A stretch of 64,000 bases of DNA from Polyangiales bacterium (GTDB lineage: Bacteria; Myxococcota_A; Polyangia; Polyangiales; Houyiibacteriaceae). Of the stretch, positions 39,534-49,523 are shown in pieces. Every line of letters begins with the position of its first letter. The stretch's first letter is position 1. The notes under the pieces were generated by a model that ran no database searches, was not told where the DNA came from, and was given only the letters and a program-made list of their open reading frames with translations. The DNA lies in NCBI GenBank assembly GCA_045106895.1, contig JBGCFM010000086.1, positions 1 through 64,000 on the forward strand, in the 5' to 3' direction. A program made the position numbers and the translations under genes.

Positions 39534-40793
39534 CTAGGGGTTGCCAATAGCGCCATCGCGACCGACAACACGGTTTCGACCTTGGCGTTTTGCCTCGTAG
39601 AGGGCCGCATCTGAACGACGCGAGGCGCTGGCGTAGTCGCCGCGTCCTCCCCAAACAGAGACGCCCAAAGACCCGGTGACGCGCAGGGCTGGGCCGCCTC
39701 TTTCGTGTTGGATGAGCAGGCTCTCGAGAGCGCTGCGCACACGTTCTGCTGTACGGATCGCGCCGTCGAAGGTGGTCTGGGGGAGGAGAAAGACGAACTC
39801 CTCGCCTCCGCTGCGAAACGCGCGGTCCGCGCCTCGGAGCTCCGCGCGAAGGACGGCGGCGGCGGCTCTCAGTACGGCGTCCCCGGCATCATGGCCGTGG
39901 GTGTCGTTGACACGTTTGAAGTGATCCAAGTCGAGCGTCGCAACGCCGACATCATGACCTTGCCGCGCGAGCTGGGTGACGGCGCGGTCGAGGGCGCGGC
40001 GGTTGCCCAGACCCGTGAGCGCGTCCGTTTCGGCCATGGTGTTGGCGTTGTCGAGGGCGAGCTCAAGGATTCGCTGGTGAGCCTGTGTGTGGCGCAGCAT
40101 CTCCCCCGCTTCCCCCGCGCGTTGGACTCGTGCGCGGGTCTCCGAAACGAGGCGACTCGCCTCGCCCATGAGGGATTCTCGGAGCCGCTCAAGTTCGCCC
40201 AAGGAGCTCGCCGACGCGAGCTCCGCGTGGGCCTCTTCCAGGCGCACAAGCGCACCAGGCTCTGGGTCGCTGAGGCTCGCCAAGAGGTGGGCGAGCTCGT
40301 TGATGGACGTATGCATGACGTCGCCGCGCTGCCGAAGAAAGAGCACGGCAAACGCTAGCCGCTCCATCTCGAGTTCAAAAGCCTCGCATGCTCCTGGGCG
40401 CGGGTTCGGACGAGGCGATGTCGAGAGAAGATCCAGCCCCTCATCGAGTGCGGCGGCTCCAGTCGCGCGAGCGACGCCCAGCGCGCTCTCCGCCGCGTCG
40501 GAGATAATTCGTGAGGGCTCGTCCTCTTCGCTGGCGTTGTCTGCGCAGCTCTCATGACTGAGGCGAACCTGAAGCGACTGAATCTCCATCGCGAGCTCGG
40601 AGGTCTCGTCTGCGTCCGTGGCGCGGAGTACACGAAGCCTGAGTGAGCGGACTTCGTCTTCATCGAGTCCGCCGACGGAGTCGATGCGCGAGACTCGTTC
40701 AAGGAGCGAGAGAAGGTGCCCAAGAGCCTGCTTTGAGTCCAGATCAGCAACCGGGTCCTTTTGAAGCCCACGTGGCCTTCTTAGCCGGATCAA
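39534..40793 (-). CDS. diguanylate cyclase with coiled-coil N-terminus
   Basis: DALTGLGNRR, DLDHFKRVNDTHGH, RGAD I-site, GGEEF; start uncertain. Confidence 0.9.
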   Translation of the reverse strand: MIRLRRPRGLQKDPVADLDSKQALGHLLSLLERVSRIDSVGGLDEDEVRSLRLRVLRATDADETSELAMEIQSLQVRLSHESCADNASEEDEPSRIISDAAESALGVARATGAAALDEGLDLLSTSPRPNPRPGACEAFELEMERLAFAVLFLRQRGDVMHTSINELAHLLASLSDPEPGALVRLEEAHAELASASSLGELERLRESLMGEASRLVSETRARVQRAGEAGEMLRHTQAHQRILELALDNANTMAETDALTGLGNRRALDRAVTQLARQGHDVGVATLDLDHFKRVNDTHGHDAGDAVLRAAAAVLRAELRGADRAFRSGGEEFVFLLPQTTFDGAIRTAERVRSALESLLIQHERGGPALRVTGSLGVSVWGGRGDYASASRRSDAALYEAKRQGRNRVVGRDGAIGNP

Positions 40794-40864
40794 GGCGCGT
40801 GCACCTGTTGCGATAGCGGAGCCATGTACTGGAGTACGGCGGCTCGGCGAGGGTCTTGAGCGGG

Positions 40865-41704
40865 CTATTCTAGCTGCCGCAGTAGGCTGTCGAGCTGACC
40901 CTCGTATCCTTGACCGAAGAGTAAGAGGTGCACGAGGACCGGGTAGAGTTGATAGACGACGCGGCGGACGGAGCGGCCTGTGCGGGGAGGACTCCCCTCG
41001 TCGTAGGCGTCGAACACGCGTGGGGAGAAACCACCGAAGAGATGCATCATGCCAAGGTCGACCTCCGGGTCGCCGTAGTATGCGGACGGGTCGACGAGGC
41101 ATGGATCACCGTCGCGCCCGGTGTGGACGTTGCCGCTCCACAGATCCCCATGCAAAAGCGCGATGGGTGCGTCTTCGAGGAGCGAACGGACCCGAGGCCG
41201 AAGCGCGTCGAATCGGAGGCGCCAGGTTGCGTCGAGGCCGCTACGTTCGAAGAGGCTCTGAAGACGTCGCAGGTAGAAGGTTGTCCAGTCCGTCTGGTCG
41301 TTGTCGATGTCGAGGGTGGCGATGAAACCGCGCCGCCGCTCGCATCCCGCGAGTTCCGAGCGAACTTGATGCAGCGCAGCGAGTCCGTGGCCCAAGGCTT
41401 CGTCGTGCTCTTCGCTTGGCGCGCCGGCGCCGAGGTCTTCGAGCAGGAGAAAGTCACGGTGCTGGGCGAGCATAGCCGGCACGTGGAGCGGGCCCGAGCG
41501 AAGTAACCCGAGCCCATGGACTTCGCTCGCGAACATTCCCTCTGGAGCGTTTGGGTTCACTTTGGCAAAGACAGTCTCGCCCGACGAGAGACGCAGGCGA
41601 AAAGCGTCGTTGATGTCTCCACCGCGGACCGGCGTCGCCGCGGATATTTCTTCAGAGAGTGCCGACTCGATGGCTGCCCGAAGGCCTCCTTGGAGAGGCG
41701 TCAC
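40865..41704 (-). CDS. fructosamine/ribulosamine kinase family protein
   Basis: GGDIN, FAK, LLHGDLWSGN, DPSAYYGDPEVDL, LFGGF. Confidence 0.92.
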   Translation of the reverse strand: MTPLQGGLRAAIESALSEEISAATPVRGGDINDAFRLRLSSGETVFAKVNPNAPEGMFASEVHGLGLLRSGPLHVPAMLAQHRDFLLLEDLGAGAPSEEHDEALGHGLAALHQVRSELAGCERRRGFIATLDIDNDQTDWTTFYLRRLQSLFERSGLDATWRLRFDALRPRVRSLLEDAPIALLHGDLWSGNVHTGRDGDPCLVDPSAYYGDPEVDLGMMHLFGGFSPRVFDAYDEGSPPRTGRSVRRVVYQLYPVLVHLLLFGQGYEGQLDSLLRQLE

Positions 41705-42174
41705 AGATCGCCGTGGGCGCTCATGTGCTCAAGCAGCCCGATGCAGGCGGACTCGCACAGATCGAGAACGTGTTCGAAGCCGGTCGCGCCGCCGTAGTAG
41801 GGGTCGGGCACATCCTGTCCCTGATGTTCCGCGCTGAAATCGAGGAAGAGCTTTACCTTTGCGCGCTGGGCTTCGTCGCTCGTGAGACCGAGGAGGTCCT
41901 TTTGATTCGAAGCGTCGAGGGCAAGCACATAGTCGAAGCGTTTGAAGTCCGCGGCTCGAAAGTGCTGCGCTTGTCCGTCGATGTTGACGGCACGCGACGC
42001 CGCCGCTGCGCGAGCGCGTGGATCTGGGCGCTCCCCGACATGCCACCCGCTCGTTCCGGCGCTTTCGACGTGGACGGAATCGATGCCTCTGTCTTCAAGC
42101 AAGCTGCGCATCATGCCTTCGGCGGTGGGGCTGCGGCAGATGTTCCCCAGGCATACAAAGCAAACTCGAACCAT
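41701..42174 (-). CDS. low-molecular-weight protein-tyrosine phosphatase
   Basis: VCLGNICRS, DVPDPYYG. Confidence 0.96.
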   Translation of the reverse strand: MVRVCFVCLGNICRSPTAEGMMRSLLEDRGIDSVHVESAGTSGWHVGERPDPRARAAAASRAVNIDGQAQHFRAADFKRFDYVLALDASNQKDLLGLTSDEAQRAKVKLFLDFSAEHQGQDVPDPYYGGATGFEHVLDLCESACIGLLEHMSAHGDL

Positions 42175-42179
42175 CGTCT

Positions 42180-43673
42180 CTACTCCGTGATGTGGACGCG
42201 GCTAGCGCGGAAGCCGGTGCGGTCGGTGGACACCGCGTGCCAGCCGTCAGGAATGCGAGGCCACGTCTCCTGGAACACACGATGCGCGTCCGCCGGCGCG
42301 AGGTTCACGCAACCGTGAGAACGGGGGAGACCGAAACGGTGATGCCAGAAGGCCGTATGGAGCGCGAAGCTGCCCTCGAAGTACTGCGTCCAAGGAACGT
42401 CTTGAATGCGGTAGGCGTCATCACCCGCCTCGGGGCCGAGGTTCGCCATCGTGTCCGTGATGGACTTCTTGTGGATCGTAAAGGTGCCGGTGGGCGTGTC
42501 GTGGCCATCGATGCCAGTCGAGACAAGCGTCGCGTAGACAGGTGTCTCGCCGCGATAGATCACAAGACTCTGGGACGAGATGTCGACGTGGATCCAAGGC
42601 TCCCCTTCTTCGATTTCAAAGGGGACCTCGATGGCCTCGATGATGCTCACGAACCAGTCCCGTAGATATCGAGGGCCGTCGTAGGCATCGCTCTCAAGGT
42701 GGTGGTAGAAGTGGTCGCCGATGCGAATGCGATCGACGTAGTTCGCGACAAGCTCCTGGCGGGGCAGGACCTCCGCCTCTTCGTCACGCGGAAAGCGATG
42801 CGTTCCATCAGAGCGTTCGATGTGAATCATCGGGCGAGCGTCCCGCAGAAGGTATTGGAGTGGCAGCGAGTGCTCCTCGCCCAGCTCGATGCCGTGGAAC
42901 TCTGTGCCCGTGCGCGGGTCGAGGTGCGCGACCTTGACGAAGCCGCCGCCGGTTGTTCGCGCGAAACGACGTCTGCTTCGCTCTTGAACGTCCGTCGAGG
43001 CGATGAAGAAGTTCCGGTTGAGGAAGCGCGCGATGGCCGCGTGTCGGCGCGATGAGGGACCCATTTCGCCGGCGAGAAAACGAGCGGCGCGGCGCTCGTG
43101 GTCGGCGTCGAGGTACTCGAGGTATTGGTTCCCGTATGCGGCGGCGGCGCGCTGCTGATCGCGCGATGGCAACTGGTGATATTCCGGAGTCATCCGGTCT
43201 TTCACCATGTAGTAGTTGTAAGGCAGCACCGCGTCGCGATTGGCGGGCGGGACGAGCCCTTCGACTTCGGGTGGGGTTTCACCGACTTCGATGCCTTGTC
43301 CGGCGCACGCGTATCCGCGAGGGGCGAGATTGTACCACCCGCTGGCGCAGTTGGAGGTGGTCGTTGGGTCCGACGCGAGCCGAAGGCGTTCACCCCAGCG
43401 CAGCCAGCCGATGACGGGGGCTTCCGGGTCGGCTTCCGCGCGCACGGTGAGGCTGGTGCGGGTCACAAGTCCATGGAGTGGAAACTCGCGGTCCAGAGCG
43501 GCCTCGCGCGCCGCCCGCGTCGCTTCGTCGGCGGCGGCCTCAGAGACGTTCTCAAGGTCCTCCATCGAAGGTCCTTCGTTCTCGATGGTCACCTCTTCGC
43601 CGCCTTCTTCTTCGCCCCCGCAGGCAGCAAGAAGGGTGACTAGAACCAGGATATATGTCTTAGGCCAGCTCAC
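42180..43673 (-). CDS. L,D-transpeptidase lipoprotein
   Basis: Lipobox LAAC, SH3-like segment, TPTG, ALHTAFWH..SHGCVNL; start 43673 or 43685. Confidence 0.9.
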   Translation of the reverse strand: MSWPKTYILVLVTLLAACGGEEEGGEEVTIENEGPSMEDLENVSEAAADEATRAAREAALDREFPLHGLVTRTSLTVRAEADPEAPVIGWLRWGERLRLASDPTTTSNCASGWYNLAPRGYACAGQGIEVGETPPEVEGLVPPANRDAVLPYNYYMVKDRMTPEYHQLPSRDQQRAAAAYGNQYLEYLDADHERRAARFLAGEMGPSSRRHAAIARFLNRNFFIASTDVQERSRRRFARTTGGGFVKVAHLDPRTGTEFHGIELGEEHSLPLQYLLRDARPMIHIERSDGTHRFPRDEEAEVLPRQELVANYVDRIRIGDHFYHHLESDAYDGPRYLRDWFVSIIEAIEVPFEIEEGEPWIHVDISSQSLVIYRGETPVYATLVSTGIDGHDTPTGTFTIHKKSITDTMANLGPEAGDDAYRIQDVPWTQYFEGSFALHTAFWHHRFGLPRSHGCVNLAPADAHRVFQETWPRIPDGWHAVSTDRTGFRASRVHITE

Positions 43674-43726
43674 GGCGGTGAACATGAAGGGGTGATGCAG
43701 TTCGTGCAATCGCAGCGGTGTTTCCG

Positions 43727-46198
43727 CTATTCATGGTCCGAGACGTCACCAAAACCCGTCTCCATTCCTTCGGAGTCGGCTTTCGGGGCTGGCACCGTCG
43801 AGGTTTCAGGGAGCGTGGGGGCCGTTCGATTCTCGCTTGGGGTCTCCGGCTCAGGCTCAGGCTCGATGCTCTGCTCGCCAGAGTCCACGTTCTGTTCGCC
43901 AGAGCTCGCGTTCTGTTCGCCGGACTGGGGAGCTGTCGCGGCATCTGCGGCGGGCTTATTTGGCGTGTCGTCGAAGAGCACCGGCTCTCCTTCAAAGCTG
44001 CGCGCGGAGTGCACCATGAGGGCCGTCGGCAGAGAGCTCAGCATCGAGTTCATGCGAGCGAAGAAGAGCTGGAGATCGCTCCCTTCGTCAGGAAGGCGCA
44101 GACCCACGATGGCGAGGTCTGCCTCGCTGCTCTCGACACGCATGATGTCGGAGATGGCGCGCTCGCCGCGCAAGAGCACACGTGGGGTCGCTTCGAGTCG
44201 AGCCGCTTCGAGCACTTTGCGGAGGGCCTCTTCTGCAGCGGCTTGCTCGGCGGGGTCCGCAACGACGGTCAGTACCTCCACCTTGGCACCACGCCACTCG
44301 CCGTGCGCGGTGATCAAAAACGCGAGGAGCAGCATGAGCCCGCCGTTGCCTTCAAGGCCGCCCCACCAGACGTGCACCAAGCGCGCGTCGCCGAAGCTAC
44401 GCTCTTCGTTGTAGTGCATCAGGAGGAGCGAGCGGTCGAGGGCCGACAGATCGCGACACATATGAAAGTAGGCTTCGAGGCGGCCGCGTTTTCGTGGCCA
44501 CCCGGCGAGGACCGTGTTGCTCTCAAAATTGCCCATGCCGTAGCTCTGGGTGACCTGGACGGTGCCTTCGTAGACATCATCGACGATGTCGACGCGGTAG
44601 AAAACGTTCGGAAAGAACTCCGTCATCTTTTCTTCGAAGGCAGCGAAGAGTTTCTTTCGTTGGTCGGCGAGGTTGACGACCTTTCCTCGGAGGAGGTGGA
44701 AGTAGGTCACGACGCCGCGGTTCTGCACGATGGCGTTGCCGATATGCAGAAGGTGAGGGCGCTTATTGGGGTCGCCGCCGGCGATGAGAAGATTGGGGCG
44801 CCAGTTGAGCGGGTGATACTCGGCGCGACGTAGACGCTGCAGCGCGAAGCGAACGACGGCGGACCAGATCCCGTGGCGGGAATCACCCCACGTCGTGCCG
44901 ATATCGCGCCGTGACGCGACGAGGAAAATGAGCCCCGAGAACACCGTCGCCGCCAGCATCGCTGGGAGATCGATGATGCTCATCACGTAGAAACAGCCAG
45001 CGCCGCCGGCGAGGCTGACGATCCACGGGGTCTTGAAGCTTGGGCGGAAGCTCGGGCTACCGGCCCACCCTTGGAGGCCACACGCGAGGTTGGTGAACCC
45101 ATATGTGGCCAGGAAGAACATGGTCAGAACCGGCGCGATCGCGTCGAGGCTGCCCAAGAAAATGCCCGCCTGAGAGAGGGCGAAGGTCAACATGGTGCCG
45201 ATGCGCGGCTCGTTGTTGGGACCGCTCGTCTTTGCGAGGAGGCCCGGCGCGAGACCGTCCATGGCGAGGGCTTGGAGAGTACGCGGCGCCGTCATGATGC
45301 TGCCGAGGGCGCTCGAGAGCGTCGCGCCCCAGACGCCTAGGTAGATGAGCTGCGGGATCGACGACACGGACCAAACCACTTCGGGGTCGGTGATAAGCCG
45401 CGTATTGTCGTAGTTCAGCGAGAGCCACACAGGGAACGCGAGATAGACGACGAGCCCCACGACGATGGCCCAGAGCGTTCCTTTCGGAAGCGACTCGCGC
45501 GCGTTGGCCAAGTCGCCGCTCATGCCGACGCCGGCCATGATGCCGGTGACCGCTGGGAAGAAGATGGCGAACACGGTTCCGAAGGACTCGGCGTCCGGGC
45601 CGTCGTTGAACCAAGTGATCTCCCGTGGGAACTCGCTGCTCGTACCGCTAAAGAAGCTCACCAGCGAAAGCGCGATACACGCCATGACGACGTACTGCGC
45701 TTTGATCGCGAGGTCTGCGCTCTTCATGGAGAGCATCGTCAGTAGAATGTTGACGATGGTGCTGATGAGCAGTGGATCGAAGATGCCTTGCCACTCTTCG
45801 GGGATCAGCGGCATCAACGCGCCCGTGAACCCAACAATGTAGAACGTGACGCTGAGCGCCTGTGCGAAGAAGAGTGGGATGCCGATGGCGGCACCCGCCG
45901 GCGCGCCGAGGCTCCTCGAGATCATGAAGTAGGCGCCGCCCGCGCCTACGGTTCGGTTCGTGGAAATGCTCGCGACTGAGAGGCCCGTCGAAAACGAGAT
46001 CAGATGCGCCACGATGACGATGAGGAGCATCCCTCCGAGCCCGGCCTGCCCCGTCGCGCGGCCGACGAGGAGGTACATGACGACGCCTAAGATCGTCAGG
46101 ATGCTGGGTGTGAAGACACCGGCGAAGGTGCCGAAGCGACCCGCGGGGGCCGCGGCGTCGTCGGGTTCTTCGGGTATGAGAACGGGGGTGTCACTCAT
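43727..46198 (-). CDS. cation-chloride cotransporter (SLC12-like APC permease)
   Basis: FGTFAGVFTPSILTILGV, GGAYFMISRSLG, FAIFFPAVTGIMAG, NWRPNLL. Confidence 0.88.
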   Translation of the reverse strand: MSDTPVLIPEEPDDAAAPAGRFGTFAGVFTPSILTILGVVMYLLVGRATGQAGLGGMLLIVIVAHLISFSTGLSVASISTNRTVGAGGAYFMISRSLGAPAGAAIGIPLFFAQALSVTFYIVGFTGALMPLIPEEWQGIFDPLLISTIVNILLTMLSMKSADLAIKAQYVVMACIALSLVSFFSGTSSEFPREITWFNDGPDAESFGTVFAIFFPAVTGIMAGVGMSGDLANARESLPKGTLWAIVVGLVVYLAFPVWLSLNYDNTRLITDPEVVWSVSSIPQLIYLGVWGATLSSALGSIMTAPRTLQALAMDGLAPGLLAKTSGPNNEPRIGTMLTFALSQAGIFLGSLDAIAPVLTMFFLATYGFTNLACGLQGWAGSPSFRPSFKTPWIVSLAGGAGCFYVMSIIDLPAMLAATVFSGLIFLVASRRDIGTTWGDSRHGIWSAVVRFALQRLRRAEYHPLNWRPNLLIAGGDPNKRPHLLHIGNAIVQNRGVVTYFHLLRGKVVNLADQRKKLFAAFEEKMTEFFPNVFYRVDIVDDVYEGTVQVTQSYGMGNFESNTVLAGWPRKRGRLEAYFHMCRDLSALDRSLLLMHYNEERSFGDARLVHVWWGGLEGNGGLMLLLAFLITAHGEWRGAKVEVLTVVADPAEQAAAEEALRKVLEAARLEATPRVLLRGERAISDIMRVESSEADLAIVGLRLPDEGSDLQLFFARMNSMLSSLPTALMVHSARSFEGEPVLFDDTPNKPAADAATAPQSGEQNASSGEQNVDSGEQSIEPEPEPETPSENRTAPTLPETSTVPAPKADSEGMETGFGDVSDHE

Positions 46199-46367
46199 GG
46201 GGGACCAAGGTGCGACCGTCGCACACCCGTCCTCAGGCGCAACCCCGGCTGCGACACATTGGCACAAATCGTTCGGAAACTGTTGACGCCGGCTGCCGCG
46301 AGCGTTCCACTATCGAGCGGGCTGTGAGACGCTGCCCAGACTAGCAAAGACACGAGGAGAGCGGACT

Positions 46368-46784
46368 TTGAGCGATATCATTTTGGGGCCTGACGTATAC
46401 GTAAACGCATCTGTGGCGCAGGGATCGCCACCCGAACACGTGGCACGCCGGGTGTTGGTTCCGGGAAAGAAGACGAAGTCCAGCAAGTGGATTCTCGATC
46501 GCATCGAGGGAATGCTCTCCAATATTGACGCTTTCAAGAAGGAAGCCGTCGACCAGCAAATGAGCACGATCGCGACCCTCGTGGATGTCGTCGACGAGGA
46601 AGAGCGGGCTCCGGATGACTGGCAGGCGGCTCTCGTCGCCGCCGCAAAGGCCGCGGGGCTGACCCGCGTTGTCACCGACCACCCGGACCTTGCGGACGTG
46701 GCGGAAGCCGACGGTGTCGAGTTCCTCTCGACGGACGCGTGGCTCGTGGAGACAACAACGCCGCCGCCGCCGCCAGGCGCATGA
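46368..46784 (+). CDS. degenerate PIN-domain-like protein
   Basis: IILGPDVYVNA resembles VVLDTNVLVSA; VVTDHPDL resembles IVTGDKDL; GAGGAG RBS before TTG. Confidence 0.55.
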   Translation: MSDIILGPDVYVNASVAQGSPPEHVARRVLVPGKKTKSSKWILDRIEGMLSNIDAFKKEAVDQQMSTIATLVDVVDEEERAPDDWQAALVAAAKAAGLTRVVTDHPDLADVAEADGVEFLSTDAWLVETTTPPPPPGA

Positions 46785-48091
46785 GCTGCGGCAAGGCGAA
46801 CCTGGTCGTCGCCATCGCCGCCGGGTTCGTTCTACTTCAAGGGTGCGCGAGCGGGCCACGCGCTCAAGTAAATACAGCACTCAACGCCCGCGACCTCAGC
46901 GCGTCACTCAACGCATACGACCGTTTCTACGAAACGGACGGTGCGGACCCTGAACTCCTCAGCAGCATCGCCGCGCTTTTGCTTCAAGAGGAGGCGCTCA
47001 GCGGCGATGAGGCGAGCGTTCGGGCGTCGGTCTTGCAGCTGAGGTTGGCGGGGCTTGCCGGGCGGCCGAGCCTCGAGAGGCTCGCGGGCAGCGAGGGCGT
47101 CACTCTGGTGCGCGTGTTGGCTCTCGAAGCTCTGATGGACGCCGGTAACCTGCTTGCGCGAGACCATCTCTTTGGGCTCTTGGACTCCGCGCCGGAGTTC
47201 AAGACTCAAGCCCTCCGTGCCGCGGACCCGGAGGTGCACCTGGAGCTCCTCCTCACTTACTTCTCCGATGAGTCCGCCGACACCCGCCGGGCTGCGGCGC
47301 TGCGTTTTGGCGATGGGGAGCAGGAGGCTGCCTTTGAGCCTCTCGCCATGCTCGCGAGAAACGACAGTGAGCCGAAGGTGCGCAACGCGGCGGTTCGAAG
47401 TTTGGGGGCCTATGGAGCTGTCGCAACGACGGTGCTCGTCGAGCGCCTGAGCGATTCCGACGCAGGCGTGCGCCTCGCCGCCACCCGCGCGCTTGTGCGG
47501 GCGGACCCGGAAGCTGCCACACCGGTTTTGCGCTCACTCGTCGATGCCCCGCCTAGTCGGGCTTCCGTCGAGGCGGCTCGCGTGGTGCTGATGCGCGGCT
47601 GCGAAGAGGACACCCACCTCTGTGTCGCCGCAGAACAGCACCTATTCGGCGTCCTCGTTGGCGATGGGCTCACGTTGCGCTCACAAGCGGCGGTGGCGGT
47701 GATGAGCGTTCCTAGTCTTCGGCGGGACGAGGTGGTGACGCTACTGATGAGTGAGGATGACGCGGGCGTTCGTCTTCAGCTCGCGCGGGCGCTTCGCCGC
47801 GAAAACCCTTCCATCGCCGAGGATGCGCTTCTGGCGCTCCTTGGGGAGACCGGGATGGTGCGCGTTCAGGCTGCGGCGGAGCTGAGCGAAGGCGGAAGCA
47901 CGGCCGGCGTTGAGATGCTCCTCGAAGTGCTGAACAGCGAAGACTCAAGTCTGGTGCGACAGGTCGCCGCGCGGGCCTTGGCGCGACGCGCCGGACGTCC
48001 AGAGGAGCTTCGTTCCGCGTTGGAAGACCGGGACGTGCTCGTTCGTATTCAGGCTGCCGGCGGCATCCTCGCATCGGTGCCTCTCGACTAG
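46781..48091 (+). CDS. HEAT-repeat lipoprotein
   Basis: Lipobox LQGC; repeated D..VR.AA..AL motifs; ATGA coupling to upstream gene. Confidence 0.85.
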   Translation: MSCGKANLVVAIAAGFVLLQGCASGPRAQVNTALNARDLSASLNAYDRFYETDGADPELLSSIAALLLQEEALSGDEASVRASVLQLRLAGLAGRPSLERLAGSEGVTLVRVLALEALMDAGNLLARDHLFGLLDSAPEFKTQALRAADPEVHLELLLTYFSDESADTRRAAALRFGDGEQEAAFEPLAMLARNDSEPKVRNAAVRSLGAYGAVATTVLVERLSDSDAGVRLAATRALVRADPEAATPVLRSLVDAPPSRASVEAARVVLMRGCEEDTHLCVAAEQHLFGVLVGDGLTLRSQAAVAVMSVPSLRRDEVVTLLMSEDDAGVRLQLARALRRENPSIAEDALLALLGETGMVRVQAAAELSEGGSTAGVEMLLEVLNSEDSSLVRQVAARALARRAGRPEELRSALEDRDVLVRIQAAGGILASVPLD

Positions 48092-48252
48092 CTAGAGCGT
48101 GAACCAGTGCACTTTCTCGTCAGGCTTCGCGAGCCCTGCGCTGTTCGTCGTCCAAATGCCGCTGGCATTCCTTCCTCCGCTCTAGAACTTCGGAGATTGA
48201 ACAGCGCCGCTACCGCGTTCTCCTTCGAGCCCTTCTGACACGGACTCGCCCT

Positions 48253-49515
48253 CTACAGAATGTTCGTCATCATTTCGATGGCGATCAACCCTGCGGCGGC
48301 GAGGGCCAGGTAGGACACCCAGGTCGCAGATCGGACTCGGCCTCGAATGAGCGCGTCGAGAGTGCTCACGTGGAGTGTTCCGCCCTTTGGCCACTCTTGT
48401 TCAGGGTGGTCGCGGAAGAGCGCGTGCGTCGTCGCCGCGAAGTCGCCGACAAGCGTCATCGCAGCTCCAGACTCGACGAAGTCGCTGAGGGCGTGCTGAG
48501 GAATTGGAAAACGAAGGTTGCCTGCGACGAGCGTGTTCTTGGCAGCGCTGCGTTCGAGGGTTCCTTCGAGCGCCCGTCGGCCCGGACCCGCGCCTTCCTT
48601 GTGCGGGTCAAGGCAACGAATACGGTGGGCGGAGAAGAAACCCAAGAGCGCGGCCAGAATGACGACCCAAGAGAAGACGAGGAGCAGCAAGCTCCCCGCC
48701 TGGTCCATGCCCATGATGGCGGCGAAGGCGCTGAGGGCGAAGGTGACGAGGGTCAGCACAAGCAAGCCTGGGGGGAAATTCGGGAGGTGACCTTGGTAGC
48801 TGTCGAGGTCGTGTCGAACACGCGAGTAGCTGGACACAAGAAGGGCGCTCGCCACCGGCACGAAGAGAGGAATGGTGGAGAGCGCCATCAGGATGCTGAC
48901 CTGGATGGTGGCGCTGTAGCTGCCTTCCAGCAGGTACGCCGACGTTACGACGGGACCAAGGAGGATGGCGCCAGAGCAGATGACGGCCAACACACGGTGC
49001 CTGACCGGCACCTCGCTGGCGACTCGAACGGCGAGAGGGACAAGGTGCCGAAGCGACTTCGGCGCGTCGATGTCGACGAGTAGAACGATGAGATACACAA
49101 CCGGGGTGAGCACCCACGCGCAGATCGCGTAGGGGATGGGAAGCGACATCAGGGCGATGGTGAAGCGGTGCGCCGCGGAAAAATGCCCGTAGAGCCCTTC
49201 TTCCAGCAGGCCGAACCAGCCTCCGCCCACAAGCACGGCGCTGAATGCGAGCCCGAGGATGAGGAGCGGTGCCAAGAACGAGCCGCGCGCCTTTGTATCG
49301 AAGGCGGACTCAAGGTGCGATCGAACGATAAAGTGGGTGGATAGGGGAAAGAGCAAGAGCCCGATGAGGACGATGGAGAGCGGAATGGATATGAGCACCA
49401 TGAGCGCGGCGACCACGGCGTGGGGCAAACGCCGCCGAAGAATGCTCAACGCGCCGATGCTCTGGTTGGCGGGTCTATCAACGCTCGGCTGGCCTCGGTC
49501 CCTCGTCCCGCTCAT
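48253..49515 (-). CDS. multi-pass membrane protein of unknown function
   Basis: Many hydrophobic segments; start uncertain. Confidence 0.7.
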   Translation of the reverse strand: MSGTRDRGQPSVDRPANQSIGALSILRRRLPHAVVAALMVLISIPLSIVLIGLLLFPLSTHFIVRSHLESAFDTKARGSFLAPLLILGLAFSAVLVGGGWFGLLEEGLYGHFSAAHRFTIALMSLPIPYAICAWVLTPVVYLIVLLVDIDAPKSLRHLVPLAVRVASEVPVRHRVLAVICSGAILLGPVVTSAYLLEGSYSATIQVSILMALSTIPLFVPVASALLVSSYSRVRHDLDSYQGHLPNFPPGLLVLTLVTFALSAFAAIMGMDQAGSLLLLVFSWVVILAALLGFFSAHRIRCLDPHKEGAGPGRRALEGTLERSAAKNTLVAGNLRFPIPQHALSDFVESGAAMTLVGDFAATTHALFRDHPEQEWPKGGTLHVSTLDALIRGRVRSATWVSYLALAAAGLIAIEMMTNIL

Positions 49516-49523
49516 GCTCTGGT

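Noticed and set aside
48088..48168. 26-aa minus-strand ORF after GGAGGAAGGA
   Set aside because: No recognisable features and no support beyond the RBS-like sequence.
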